Source of the DNA: Strigamia acuminata
Taxonomy: Eukaryota
Direction: 5' to 3'
Assembly: GCA_949358305.1 (NCBI GenBank)
Contig: OX442314.1
Location: 7,130,001-7,194,000, forward strand
Length of the DNA stretch: 64,000 nucleotides
Below the pieces are notes generated by a model, which worked only from the letters and a program-made list of their open reading frames with translations, was not told where the DNA came from and did no database searches. Both the position numbers and the translations under genes were made by a program. Shown piece after piece: positions 26,201 through 38,667 of this stretch (its first letter is position 1; the number at the start of each line of letters is the position of its first letter).

Positions 26201-27528
26201 AACCTTAAAAATTGACTCGAAAAAGATTGATTTCGATACCTTGTCTTCCTTATTTGGTGTTTGTGGTGTGTCACGTGGTAGAATCCGACCAATCGGGTCG
26301 GTTTTTGTCGAATTTATGGATTAATTTTGGTTTTTTCGTGTTTTTTAGTTGTCGAATTGGTGTATTGGAAGGACCCGAAGAAGAGCGGACTTGTATTCGC
26401 CGGGATTTTGATAATTTTGCTGTCGCTTTCGTATTTTTCGCTCATTTCGGTGCTCGCGTATCTCACTCTGGCGGTGTTGGCTGGAACCTTGTCTTTCCGC
26501 ATATACAAAAATGTGTTGGCAGCGGTGCAGAAGTCGAACGAGGGACACCCGTTCAAGTGAGTTTTTGATTTATTTTCGGTTTGCAGTGACCTGGTTAATG
26601 TTTCTTTTTTTATTTTTAGGAAATATTTGGAGCAAGATATGGTGATTTCGAGTGATCAGATCCAAGATGTCACCCAGTCGGTCGTGGTGCATACAAATGC
26701 CGTGGCGCATGAGTTGCGTAGATTGATACTCGTTGAGGATTTGATTGATTCGATAAAGGTGATTTTTTGAGATTTTACGTGATTTTTTGGTTTTTAATGA
26801 TTTTTTTTTTTTTTTTTGCAGTTTGGAGTCCTTTTGTGGTGTTTAACTTACGTCGGCGCTTGGTTTAATGGCATGACTCTTCTTATTTTAGGTATAAAAA
26901 GGCATTATTGATGTTTTTTAATGAGTGTTTCACGTTTTTTTTATCTAATTTTGATATTTTTTTATTTAATTTTGATGTTTTTTGATGGGTTTTTGATGTT
27001 TTTTGATCTAATTTTGATGGATTTTTGATGTTTTTTGATCTAATTTTATTTATTTATTTATCTACGATTTTGATTTTGATGTTTTTTGATGGGATTTTGA
27101 TATTTTTTGATGGGATTTTGATGTTTTTGAGGAATTTTGATGTTTTTTGATCGGTTTTTGATGTTTTTTGATGGATTTTTGATGTTTTTTGATGTTTTTG
27201 GTGTTTTATTAATTTTTTTGATGTTTTTTTTTAGGTTTTGTTGCTGCGTTTACTCTGCCCAAGGTTTATGAAACGAATAAGACTCAAATCGACCATTATA
27301 TTAACATTGCTCGCACTCAAGTGGACGAAATAATGTCTAAGTAAATTGGTTTTATCGACCAAACATGGAAAAAATTCATTTTAAATGCGTTATTATTTAA
27401 AAATTTCATCTTTTTTGCGATTTAAGATGAGTTTTTGTTTTTGTTTTAGTGATTGAAATTAATTTTTATATTATTTTTCTAGAATCAAATCGAAAGTACC
27501 AATAGGAAAGAAAGCGAAAGAACAGTAA
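23206..27528 (+). CDS. RTN: Reticulon (RTN/Rtnl1 family), long isoform of about 389 aa
   Basis: Exons 23206-23770 (acidic, Pro-rich N-terminus), 24789-24824 (AWFNPQNLDPR), 26349-26556, 26620-26758, 26822-26891, 27235-27340, 27483-27528. Reticulon-domain motifs LVYWKDPKKSG, VQKSNEGHPFK, ELRRLILVEDLIDSIKF, TYVGAWFNGMTLL, FTLPKVYE; 208/139/70-nt exons typical of reticulons; C-terminal KKAKEQ ER-retrieval-type motif. Confidence 0.93.
24385..24448 (+). CDS. RTN: Reticulon alternative first coding exon (medium isoform)
   Basis: AAAGATGGCT start, MAADTTFEADSRQCENKDSPS, phase-1 donor gtacgt compatible with exon 24789. CCAAT, CRE-like and GC-box motifs lie just upstream (24270-24325). Confidence 0.6.
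24969..24982. promoter_or_regulatory. Perfect palindromic RFX X-box
   Basis: GTTGCCATGGCAAC, an exact X-box consensus, inside a reticulon intron. Confidence 0.55.
25830..25854 (+). CDS. RTN: Reticulon alternative first coding exon (short isoform)
   Basis: aaaatcATG, MPIINWEP, consensus phase-1 donor gtaagt in frame with exon 26349. Confidence 0.7.
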
Positions 27529-29223
27529 AACAAGAAGAAAAACCAAAATATCTAACTTAAGTGAATGAATTTGAAGAAACCAACAAGAAAAGGCAAAAAA
27601 AATACAATACAATGAAATAAAATAACAAAACACTGGAAACGTTACAGCGTAAAACATCATCATTCGCTGCAACAACAAAAAAACAAAAATTCGTTTTTCA
27701 TCAATTTTTTTCCTTTTTCGTGCAAGTTTTTACCTTTACAGTATTTCTCTGCACTTTCATCTATGTAAAGAGCACAAAAAAGAAAAAAAAGAGAAGTAAT
27801 TATTTAATTAATTAACCAGTGTGTTAAATAGACGAAAAACAAGAAAAAAAAATGAGTTTACTTTGTTTTTTTTTTTAATATAAAAAAAAAATGATGGAGA
27901 TAGATCTGACATTCTGTTTAAATTTTGTTATCGCCAATGCATGTAACCTCAATATGATAAAACAATGTCTAGTAGATTGTACTTACCCGTAAAAAGACAA
28001 AACTAATCGTAGTGTCACAAATCGCTTTAATCAATTTGGATCGACAGACAACAGATTGAATTTATTAACCGAGCTGTGATTTCGAACGAAAAAGAAGAAA
28101 TATGAAAATGATATGTAACAATATTAATTATTGAAATTTTCTGGCTTTGTGCATTAGTATTTTCTTATCACTGTTGTAAAATTCCTTTTTTTTGATTTTT
28201 TGATGAAAACAAACCGAGAAATATTTAGTTTTACGATATTAATATAATGCTCTAAATTCTACGTTTTCTGAACTGTTAATTGAATAAATTGGATCTAGTT
28301 TGTAAGATTCTAGCAATCATGTTGCTGATATTGTATAAAGTCACTCGATATTCGTTGATTCTGTATATTCACTCTAGATGTTAGTAAAAACACTGAAATC
28401 TCTGATGATACAAAATGGTTGTCGAATTTATCAATTTTTCTCCATTTTGAATTCAACCATTTTTCTATATATATATCTATACCGGCTTTTAATTTAAGAG
28501 CTCAATTATCATTATTTTTTTAATTTTAATTTTATTTTAAGAAAAAAAAAGTTGTTGTTGTTATTATTATTATTACCCAAGTGGTTGTCCGTGTGTTTTT
28601 ATTTCGTCCCAAGTTTTCGAACGGTTAATTTTATTTCATGTGCTGTGCACAGTTCTGAATCTTATACGATAGTTGTCCGGCTTTTTATTTTTCTTTTTAC
28701 TGGTAGTGTTGGTATTGTAAAATATACTTGGGACTGTTTGTAGATAATGTGAAACCCCCGATGCTTCTTACGAATAAAAATTTGAATAAAAGTTAAAACC
28801 GTCGTTTTAAACCTAACGAAAACACGAAGATTTCAAATGTACGCGGCCATTTTGTTCCGGAAAACAACCAACATCGGCCAAGTGATTTTTCGAACGTTTT
28901 CAAGACGTCTAAATAAAACGTTTTGCCACATTTATATTTATTGCATGCTCGCATATAATGAGTACTAGGAATTTTGTATGAAAATAAGTCCTAAAATGGC
29001 ATGTCCGCGTATAATGCGAACTGTTAATGTCGTTCCATATCATTCTGAAATACCGAAAGACGGGTTTTGGAGATGGAGCTAAGCAGACAGATAGACAGAT
29101 TCGTCACGATTAATATAATGATGTAAAAAGGGAGAAAAAATATTGGGGGAAATGAGTTAGAAGCATAAGAACCGCACACACACACACAAGGGCATCTATT
29201 TATTTCTTTATTTATCACATGAT

Positions 29224-32200
29224 TTATAATTTTGCTTTTTCTTGTGAGTCAATTATTATGCAATTCAAATTGTCTTTGATCGTCTTGTCTGGAAGCCAAA
29301 TAAGTTTGTCTAAAAATAAAACATTACGGTTAAAATAGACGCGAGTAATGAGTAATGAATTTTTTTTATTACCTAAATTATTTGCTATACTGTAAAATGC
29401 TCGATTCATTATCAAATTTCCACTGGAATGAAGAAAGAATGAATGAATGAATAGGAAATAATAATTAATTGGGAAAAATTAAAATTATCGAAAAATTTCA
29501 CTTGAAAAATTAAAATTATCGAAAAATTTCACTTGAAAAATTAAAATTATCGGAAAATTTCACTTGAAAAATTAAAATTATCGAAAAATTTCACTTAAAA
29601 AATTAAAATTATCGAAAAATTTCACTCGAAAAATTAAAATTATCGAAAAATTTCACTCGAAAAATTAAAATTATCGAAAAATTTCACTCGAAAAATTAAA
29701 ATTATCGAAAAATTTCACTCGAAAAATTAAAATTATCGAAAAATTTCACTCGAAAAACTAAAATTATCGAAAAATTAAAATTATCGAAAAATTTCACTCG
29801 AAAAATTAAAATTATCGAAAAATTTCACTCGAAAAATTAAAATTATCGAAAAATTTCACTCGAAAAATTAAAATTATCGAAAAATTTCACTCGAAAAATT
29901 AAAATTATCGAAAAATTTCACTCGAAAAATTAAAATTATCGAAAAATTTCACTCGAAAAATTAAAAAATCGAAAAATTTCACTCGAAAAATTAAAATTAT
30001 CGAAAAATTTCACTCGAAAAATTGAAATTATCGAAAAATTTCACTCGGAAATTTAAAATTATCGAAAAATTTCACTCGAAAAATTAAAATTATCGAAAAA
30101 TTTCACTCGAAAAATTAAAATTATCGAATAATTTCACTCGAAAAATTAAAATTATCGAAAAATTTCACTCGAAAAATTAAAATTATCGAAAAATTTCACT
30201 CGAAAAATTAAAATTATCGAAAAATTTCACTCGAAAAATTAAAATTATCAAAAAATTTCACTCGAAAAATTAAAATTATCGAAAAATTTCACTCGAAAAA
30301 TTAAAATTATCGAAAAATTTCACTCGAAAAATTAAAATTATCGAAAAATTTCACTCGAAAAATTAAAATTATCGAAAAATTTCACTCGAAAAATTAAAAT
30401 TATCGAAAAATTTCACTCGAAAAATTAAAATTATCGAAAAATTTCACTCGAAAAATTAAAATTATCGAAAAATTTCACTCGAAAAATTAAAATTATCGAA
30501 AATTTTCACTCGAAAAATTAAAATTATCGAAAATTTTCACTCGAAAAATTAAAATTATCGAAAAATTTCACTCAAAAAATTAAAATTATCGAAAAATTTC
30601 ACTCGAAAAATTAAAAAAATCGAAAAATTTCACTCAAAAAATTAAAATTATCGAAAAATTTCACTCGAAAATTTAAAATTATCGAAAAATTTCACTCGAA
30701 AATTTAAAATTATCGAAAAATTTCACTCGAAAAATTAAAATTATCGAAAAATTTCACTCGAAAAATTAAAATTATCGAAAAATTTCACTCGAAAAATTAA
30801 AATTATCGAAAAATTTCACTCGAAAAATTAAAATTATCGAAAAATTTCACTCGAAAAATTAAAATTATCGAAAATTTTCACTCGAAAAATTAAAATTATC
30901 GAAAAATTTCACTCGAAAAATTAAAATTATCGAAAAATTTCACTCAAAAAATTAAAATTATCGAAAAATTTCACTCGAAAAATTAAAAAATCGAAAAATT
31001 TCACTCGAAAAATTAAAATTATCGAAAAATTTCACTCGAAAATTTAAAATTATCTAAAAATTTCACTCGAAAAATTAAAATTATCGAAAAATTTCACTCG
31101 AAAAATTAAAAAATCGAAAAATTTCACTCGAAAAATTAAAATTATCGAAAAATTTCACTCGAAAAATTAAAAAATCGAAAAATTTCACTCGAAAAATTAA
31201 AATTATCGAAAAATTTCACTCGAAAAATTAAAATTATCGAAAAATTTCACTCGGAAATTTAAAATTATCGAAAAATTTCACTTGAAAAATTAAAATTATC
31301 GAAAAATTTCCCTTGAAAAATTAAAATTATCGAATAATTTCACTCGAAAAATTAAAATTATCGAAAAATTTCACTCGAAAATTTAAAATTATCGAAAAAT
31401 TTCACTTGAAAAATTAAAATTATCGAAAAATTTCACTTGAAAAATTAAAATTATCGAAAAATTTCACTCGAAAAAATAAAATTATCGAAAAATTTCACTC
31501 GAAAAATTAAAATTATCGAAAAATTTCACTCGAAAAATTAAAATTATCGAAAAATTTCACTTGAAAAATTAAAATTATCGAAAAATTTCACTTGAAAAAT
31601 TAAAATTATCGAAAAATTTCACTCGAAAAAATAAAATTATCGAAAAATTTCACTCGAAAAATTAAAATTATCGAAAAATTTCACTCGAAAAATTAAAATT
31701 ATCGAAAAATTTCACTCGAAAAATTAAAATTATCGAAAAATTTCACTTGAAAAATTAAAATTATCGGAAAATTTCAGTTGAAAAAAGAAAAATTTCACTT
31801 TCCATTTTCCACCTCAACAAATCGCACTTACTTCTCCTTCTCCAGAATCCTCATTTGAANNNNNNNNNNNNNNNNNNNNNNNNNNNNNNNNNNNNNNNNN
31901 NNNNNNNNNNNNNNNNNNNNNNNNNNNNNNNNNNNNNNNNNNNNNNNNNNNNNNNNNNNNNNNNNNNNNNNNNNNNNNNNNNNNNNNNNNNNNNNNNNNN
32001 NNNNNNNNNNNNNNNNNNNNNNNNNNNNNNNNNNNNNNNNNNNNNNNNNNNNNNNNNNNTCATTTGAACAAACGCCGACACAGCATTATTCAACATATCC
32101 AACGAAAGCGAAACAAAACTATTCACGCATCGCTTGAGCAACAACTCCTCAATACACGCTTGAGCATACCGCACCACCAAGCGCACGGTAAGCGTCAACC

Positions 32201-34572
32201 CAACCGACACAATATGCAAAACCACATGATAAATTACCTAAAAATACACAAAAACAAACAAATAAAATCCCCAAACCCAACAAAAATAAACACCACAAAT
32301 TACTTTATACGCGACTAAAAATGGATCTATCACACATATGAGGTATTTAAATAAATAATCGTCTTTCCCCGTCGCTCGAACGACATCCTCCTTGCACGAA
32401 ACGGCGTCAATGGCTTCCATTTGTAACAGTGTCTTCTTAAATGCCTACGATCCATCAAAATCCAAAATAAATCAACTCCGGCACAAATAATCAAACAAAA
32501 CTCACAAAATCGCTTTCCCCAGGCTCGAAAATGAAGTCGTGACTCAACAATCCCTCGAGGAATACGTAGTATTCGTATAAAACGCCTGGAAAAGGTCAAA
32601 TTAGGCTTAAAAATGAAAATTCACTTTTGACGCCTTTTTCACGTTTTACATTACTTTTTTCACACTTGTAATTGAAATGACTTAGAATGACGGCGATTAT
32701 CGAGGGTCGGACGAGCAAATGCATCACTTGGTTGCTGTAGTGTGATAGCAGCATTCTGGGAACAGCGTTGCAAATGGTCTCTTGTCTCAGTTTGTGTCCT
32801 TTCAAGTTGGATGTAAAAACGCTTTGGTTAACCGGCACCTGCGTAGAAAATGTCGTAAAAATTGAATTTATTACCCAAAAGTTGCATTTTTTATGCATAA
32901 AAATTGAATTTATCACCAAAAGTTGCATTTTTATGCATAAAAATTGAATTTATCACCAAAAGTTGCATTTTTATGCATAAAAATTGAATTTATCACCAAA
33001 AGTTGCATTTTTATGCATAAAAATTGAATTTATCACCTAAAAGTTACATTTTTATACATAAAAATTGAATTTGTCACTCAAAAGTTGCATTTTTATGCAT
33101 AAAAATGTTTTATTGCAAGCAAAAAATGTATTTATGCAACCATAAAATGCATATTGAGCCCAAAAATGTGTTATTGCACTCAAAAAGTGCATCTTTATGC
33201 ATAAAAACTTATTTACGCATTCTTGTCTTATTAAAAAAAAGCTTCTTAGTACCGTGACTGGATGAATAAATAATTGCGACGATCTAGCATCGCGTTTAAT
33301 TTCTATAATCGAACCATGTACAGAAATACAATTTCGAACGACATCTTCGCTCGTGTCACCATCTGCCAATTAAACAAAGAAAAAAAAATGAGATAATTAC
33401 GCAGTTAGGCCTAAATTAGGCCCAAATAAAAATATTAATCAAGGCTAAGTGAATCACCCTTCCAATTAGCGGATCCGCCCAGTTTTTTAATCAGATTTTT
33501 GAGCCAAGATAATTTATTTGAAAATTCGTCCAAATTAACGCGTCGATCTCCCACTTGCAGATACGTTAACAAAAGCGACGCGATTAGGACGAACGGCGAA
33601 ATGACGCTGTGGCCTTGATGTTGTCGGACGATGTGATAGGCCAAGTCTTTGCACAAATTTTGTTCGTCTGGAGTCAGAGAAAATAATAATCTACAACAAA
33701 AATTGAAAACAAACATGAGCCGCCATTTCCTTTGATTCACTTCAAAAAAGTGTTGAGTGTTTGAAAATGCCCTAAAAGTGCATTTATTCGTCTAAAAATG
33801 CCTTAAAAGTGCATTTATTCGTCTAAAAATGCGTTAAAACTGCATTAATTCGTCTAAAAATGCCTTAAAAGTGAATTTATTCGTTTAAAAATGTCTTAAA
33901 AGTGCATTTATTAGTCTAAAAATGCATTTATTTATCCGAATATGCATTTATCTATCTAAAAATGCATTTATTCATCCGAATATGCGTTTATCTGTCTAAA
34001 AATACACTAAGAGTGCATTTATTTGTCTTAAAATGCACAAAAATGCATTTGTTAGTTTGAAAATACTCGAAAATGCATTTGAGGAACTGAAAATGCACGA
34101 AAAATGCGTTTGATTGTGCGAAAATGCTAGAAAAATTCATTATTTGTGCACAACCGTTCCTTTTTCAGTCAGTAATATTAACTATTACTATAGTATTAAC
34201 CGTTACTAACCTCGGCCCCAAATGATTAATCCTTTTAAACATTTTCATTTTACAGAAATCACTCAAAGCTATCGGCTCGGCCACATTGAAATGAATCTGT
34301 CCGAAATTCTGATTTAAAATCTGGCGCACTTTAAACAACCCCTGAAAAAACGTTAGAAAAATTATAATAAATCGATTAAAATCTAATGAATGAATTAATA
34401 GAATATACCTTGGTCGATTCGGGGGGTTTGGGGACCCCCAAAACTTCAAAAGCGTAAAGAGATTCCTCGAGAGTCCGTTCGTAGCTGATACTTATGGGAA
34501 CGACGACGACGTCCGTCAGTTCGGATTTAAAAAACGGCTCCACGATGGTCGACAGAAAACCTTAAAAAAATA

Positions 34573-34619
<47 letters not shown>

Positions 34620-36776
34620 ACGCGTTTTGAAATATGTGAAATATTGTATCATGACAATTTTTCAAGTATTTTATTTATTTTTGTTACCAAATTTTGGTAC
34701 GAGCGATTTTCCGCTCCGGCTGCGGGTTCCTTCTACGAAAAATTCGACCGGGGGCACGCCATTGCGCAGGTGGATTTGAACGTATTCGGCGAAAATGTTC
34801 CAGTAAAGTTTGTCGTTCACGAACGAACGGCGGATAAAAAACGAGCCGCAGTTGCGTAAAAGGGAATTCATTCCTCCCATTCCCATAAAATCTAGGAAGA
34901 AGGTAATTTAATAAATTAGAAATTCAATTTAAACAAAAAAGAAAAATTTGATTTTTTTCTTTTTTTAAAGTAGTGTCGGTGACGGAGAAAGAAAGGTGGA
35001 GATTAAACGTTTAAATTTTGGTCTAAAAAGTCCAATTTTAGTCTAAAAAGTGGTCTAATGAGGTTCAGTTTTGGTCTAAAATATAAATTTTTGCTTAAAT
35101 ACGTCATATTGGGGTCTAAACAAATCAAAGTTTAATCTGAAAAACCGGTAAGAAATCGGTAAGAAATAAATCAAATTTTCATCTAAAAGATAAAAATTGT
35201 TATATAAAGGCTAGAATTCTAATGAAAATGATAATGCTCTGATCAAATGATAAAACTCTGATCAAATGATAAAATTGTGATCAAAAAGATAAAATTCTGA
35301 TCTAAAAAAAAAAATCAAATTTTGGTAAAAAAAAAAAATCAAATTTGATCAAATTTTGACTAAAAAAATCAAATTTGATCAAATTTTGAATAAAAAAAAA
35401 TCAAATTTGATCAAATTTTGAATAAAAAAAAATCAAATTTTATCAAATTTTGGATTTAGACGTCAAATTCTGGATTAAAAACTGCAAAATTTTCGTCTAA
35501 TAAAATCAAATCTAGCTCTAAAACATCCAAATAATGTAAAAATTCGTCCAAAACGTCAAACTTTTCCCTAAAAACTTCATTTCTGCACTAAAAACATTCA
35601 ATTCAAAATTCCTTGCTCCGACCCCGACCATTTTCCACCCCAATTAACCTATTCCGGTCGCCACGACGGGCATGGGAAGTCCATACATAAAGCACACATA
35701 CGACAACAGAATAAAATCAACATAACTACGATGAGTGGGCATATACACAACAGGATGTTCCTCCACAGCTGCACGTAACTATATAAAAACACAACAGATA
35801 AAATATAAAAAATAAAAACAACCCACAATCCACCTCGAAAAATATTTCACCTTTTCAATGCCACGTCTATTCACGTTTATGCGAGTATAAAGCTGGCGCA
35901 TCAACTTCGACAGAATGTAACCGAAGCTCCGTAAGGTCCCCATCCCGATGTGCGCCGCCATTTCGTCCACGATCGACTTCGCCCTGTCCGCCACCGTCTT
36001 CGTGTCTTCGCCGTTCTCTTCGGCAACCTGCGCGCAATCGACGCAATTAGCGTCAAAGAATAAAATCATTTTCACTCATTTTTGGAAAAATTCTTTCGGT
36101 TTCGGCTCAAAAATGTCTTTTTTAGAGTTGGTACTGAAAGGGTTAATTGAAATAAAACCGATTTTATACTTCGGAGACGACTAAAATTATTTTGACGCAC
36201 AAACGTCAAAGAATAAAATCATTTTCACTCATTTTTGGAAAAATTCGCAATAAACGTCGAAGAATAAAATCATTTTCACTCATTTTTAGAAAAATTCTTT
36301 CGGTTTCGCGTCAAAAATGTCTTTTTTAGAGTTGGTGCTGAAAGAGTTAATCGAAAGCCGATATTATACTTCGGAAACGACTAAAATTATTTTGACGCAA
36401 GAAACGTCGAAGAATAAACTCATTTTCACTCATTTTTGGGAAAATTCTTTTGGTTTCGGGTCAAAAGGTATTTTGTTTTAGAGTTGGTACTGAACGGGTT
36501 AATTAATTTCATACTTCGGAGATGACGAAACGTATTTTGACGCAATTTAAAACGCGTTTTTTGATCTCTTCCGGGGTCTCCATCGTTCTGTATTTGTAGA
36601 CTGTGGGCTCGAAATGTTTGAGGAAATAGCAGAAATCGTCGCAGCTTTGTCTTCTTTCGATTAGGTCTTCGATTCCGTGTTTACATGCCGATTTTGGAGC
36701 GCTGTAAGAGAGAGGAAATGATTTTTTGTTCGTGGTTTGTTTGGGGTTTTTCGTGTACTCACTTAGCCGACGCCAT
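29224..36776 (-). CDS. GNPAT: Dihydroxyacetone-phosphate acyltransferase (peroxisomal, ether-lipid synthesis), about 691 aa
   Basis: Exons 36776-36763, 36701-36515, 36027-35851, 35778-35649 (PTHRSYVDF, catalytic HxxxxD), 34891-34688 ([22 protein letters not shown]), 34560-34409 ([18 protein letters not shown]), 34341-34211, 33690-33458, 33362-33253, 32838-32655, 32585-32506, 32444-32304, 32237-31832 (across the gap), 29422-29373, 29309-29224. Ends AKL-stop (PTS1), which favours GNPAT over GPAM. Confidence 0.92.
29472..31795. repeat. 31-bp tandem satellite (roughly 75 copies) filling a GNPAT intron
   Basis: Unit gaaaaattaaaattatcgaaaaatttcactc, highly homogeneous. Confidence 0.97.
31860..32059. 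other. 200-N assembly gap, probably zero-length
   Basis: tcatttgaa occurs on both flanks; merging them restores the GNPAT reading frame. Confidence 0.85.
34572..34620. repeat. (TAAA)n microsatellite in a GNPAT intron
   Basis: Direct reading. Confidence 0.95.
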
Positions 36777-37130
36777 TTTCGGGGATTGGATTCGTGATTC
36801 GACGGGTCCGGTGTCTGGGTTGTTTAGGAAATGTGGTTAGAACGATCCATCATTTGTGCCACATGGCTTATAAAACCCGGTAATAAAGCGACTTCATCTT
36901 TCCTTGTTGTTGCTGCTGCGCTGATGTCATATCGGCGATGCGTTTTGATTGGTCCGCACGAAAATCACCTACGACACACGATTTTTCTTCCAAATTTATC
37001 CCAATTGATTTAAAAATTATTATTTATCAATTAAAATACGTTTTAAAAAATTGGTTTTTTCGTTTTGTTTAATCCGACGAAGCGCATGCGCGATGCTGAA
37101 AACGAACGTCATCAGACTCAGGTGTTAGAA
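36777..37130. promoter_or_regulatory. Probable bidirectional promoter between GNPAT and GT31 copy 1
   Basis: Head-to-head layout, locally CpG-rich, with a CCAAT box (attgg, about 36948) and an NRF1-like gcgcatgcgc (about 37082). A non-coding GT31 exon appears to end at caag|gtaggt (about 37526). Confidence 0.5.
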
Positions 37131-38667
37131 CAAAAGGAATTGAATAAATCGTTTGAAATTATTGGAAAGATTTCAACAAAAAACCAAAAAAAAAAAAAAA
37201 ATGCAAAATTTTATATAAAACATAAAAATAAATTCAAACAATTTAATAATAATAATAAAAATAAATGTTTTGAAAAATATTTGCCTTGAGGGCAAATTCA
37301 AGGCCAATAAATGGCTGAACATGTTTGCACACTGGTTGCCTGACTTAATTTCTTTTAAGTGAAATTTGAGGTGCATTTTAAAGGTAAAGTTGAATGAACT
37401 TTAGTGAGGAAATGGATCCAGGCCACAGAACAACTCAGGGTCAAACCATTGGTGTGCTGAGGATGATACCTTTGTCTTTTTATTGTTTCTCACTTAGCAC
37501 TGCCATGACAACCAACAATGTGCAAGGTAGGTGTTCTAACTGTTTGTTTACTTACTAAAACATAACACAATCTCTTCCTTTTGTACACAATGTATGACCT
37601 TCAACACAATAGGTTATTTAAAGCATTTTTAAGGGGTAAACTGCTGACCTTTGAGGGAAGTGGGTAAACACAAACACCAGGATTTTATTTTCAAATATTG
37701 TCACAAGAGGGCTGAACAGTATGGAAAATTTTCACTGTGACTTATTTGGTGGAATTTATTGCTTGTCCTATATTTTGCCACTTTGCATATTTATTACATG
37801 AAATTCTGCATTCTTTCAAGTCTATTTATTAGCAAATGATGATTGCCTTTAAGCAATGCAGAGGTGGATTGAAGATAAATGCTAGAGCAGACTTTTTCTT
37901 TCATATTGGGCCCGGAAATAGGACATTTTCAAAAACATGACAGAGGTGGCCTTCAAAAATTCCTTCAGACCTGTTTCCCCTCTTTTTAGTGCCATCACTC
38001 CACCTCTGATTCTCACCACCAGGGGTATATGCAGCTAATATTAAGAGAAATTTACAAAAAACATTCATGTAATTTGTTTTGTGAAGGAAACATTTATTTA
38101 CACAATAAATCTGTCTCTGTGTTCAATGAGAAAATCAAGGAAGTGTTGCCTTCCGTCTTTTTCAATTGTTCGATCTAAAAAAGTCACTTTTCAGACGGCG
38201 TATGTGGATATTCTAGGCACAGAAATAAAACACAACCTGGGCTGGAGGATACAAATTAAGTACAGGAAAATCCGGATGGGTTACGGTGGACCAGGGACGG
38301 GCCACGGTGGGCCCGCCACGGGCCACCGGAAAAATCCCGGTCGCAGGGCTGGACTGGGAACAAATTTATTGCCGGGAAATCTGGGTGTCCGGGCCACAAT
38401 TAATGAAGTCGGGACAAGCCACAGTGGCCACGGGCCACTCCAGCACTGCCCGGTCGCCTGCCGGGCCAGTCCAGCAGTGACAACTTCTCTAGTTAAAGTA
38501 AAAACATACACTATACAATTGTATTCTAACCCACTCTAAGAGTGGCCTAACTACCACTGTGTTTGCAATTATAAGCCGCGACTTTTAATCGAAGAAATAG
38601 GGTAAATCAGAATACTAGTAAAGTAATACATGTTATTATTTTTTTAACAGGGGCATTATTTTGAAAA

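Noticed and set aside
29472..31795. 31-bp array as a CRISPR array
   Set aside because: Contiguous units without spacers, in a eukaryotic intron.
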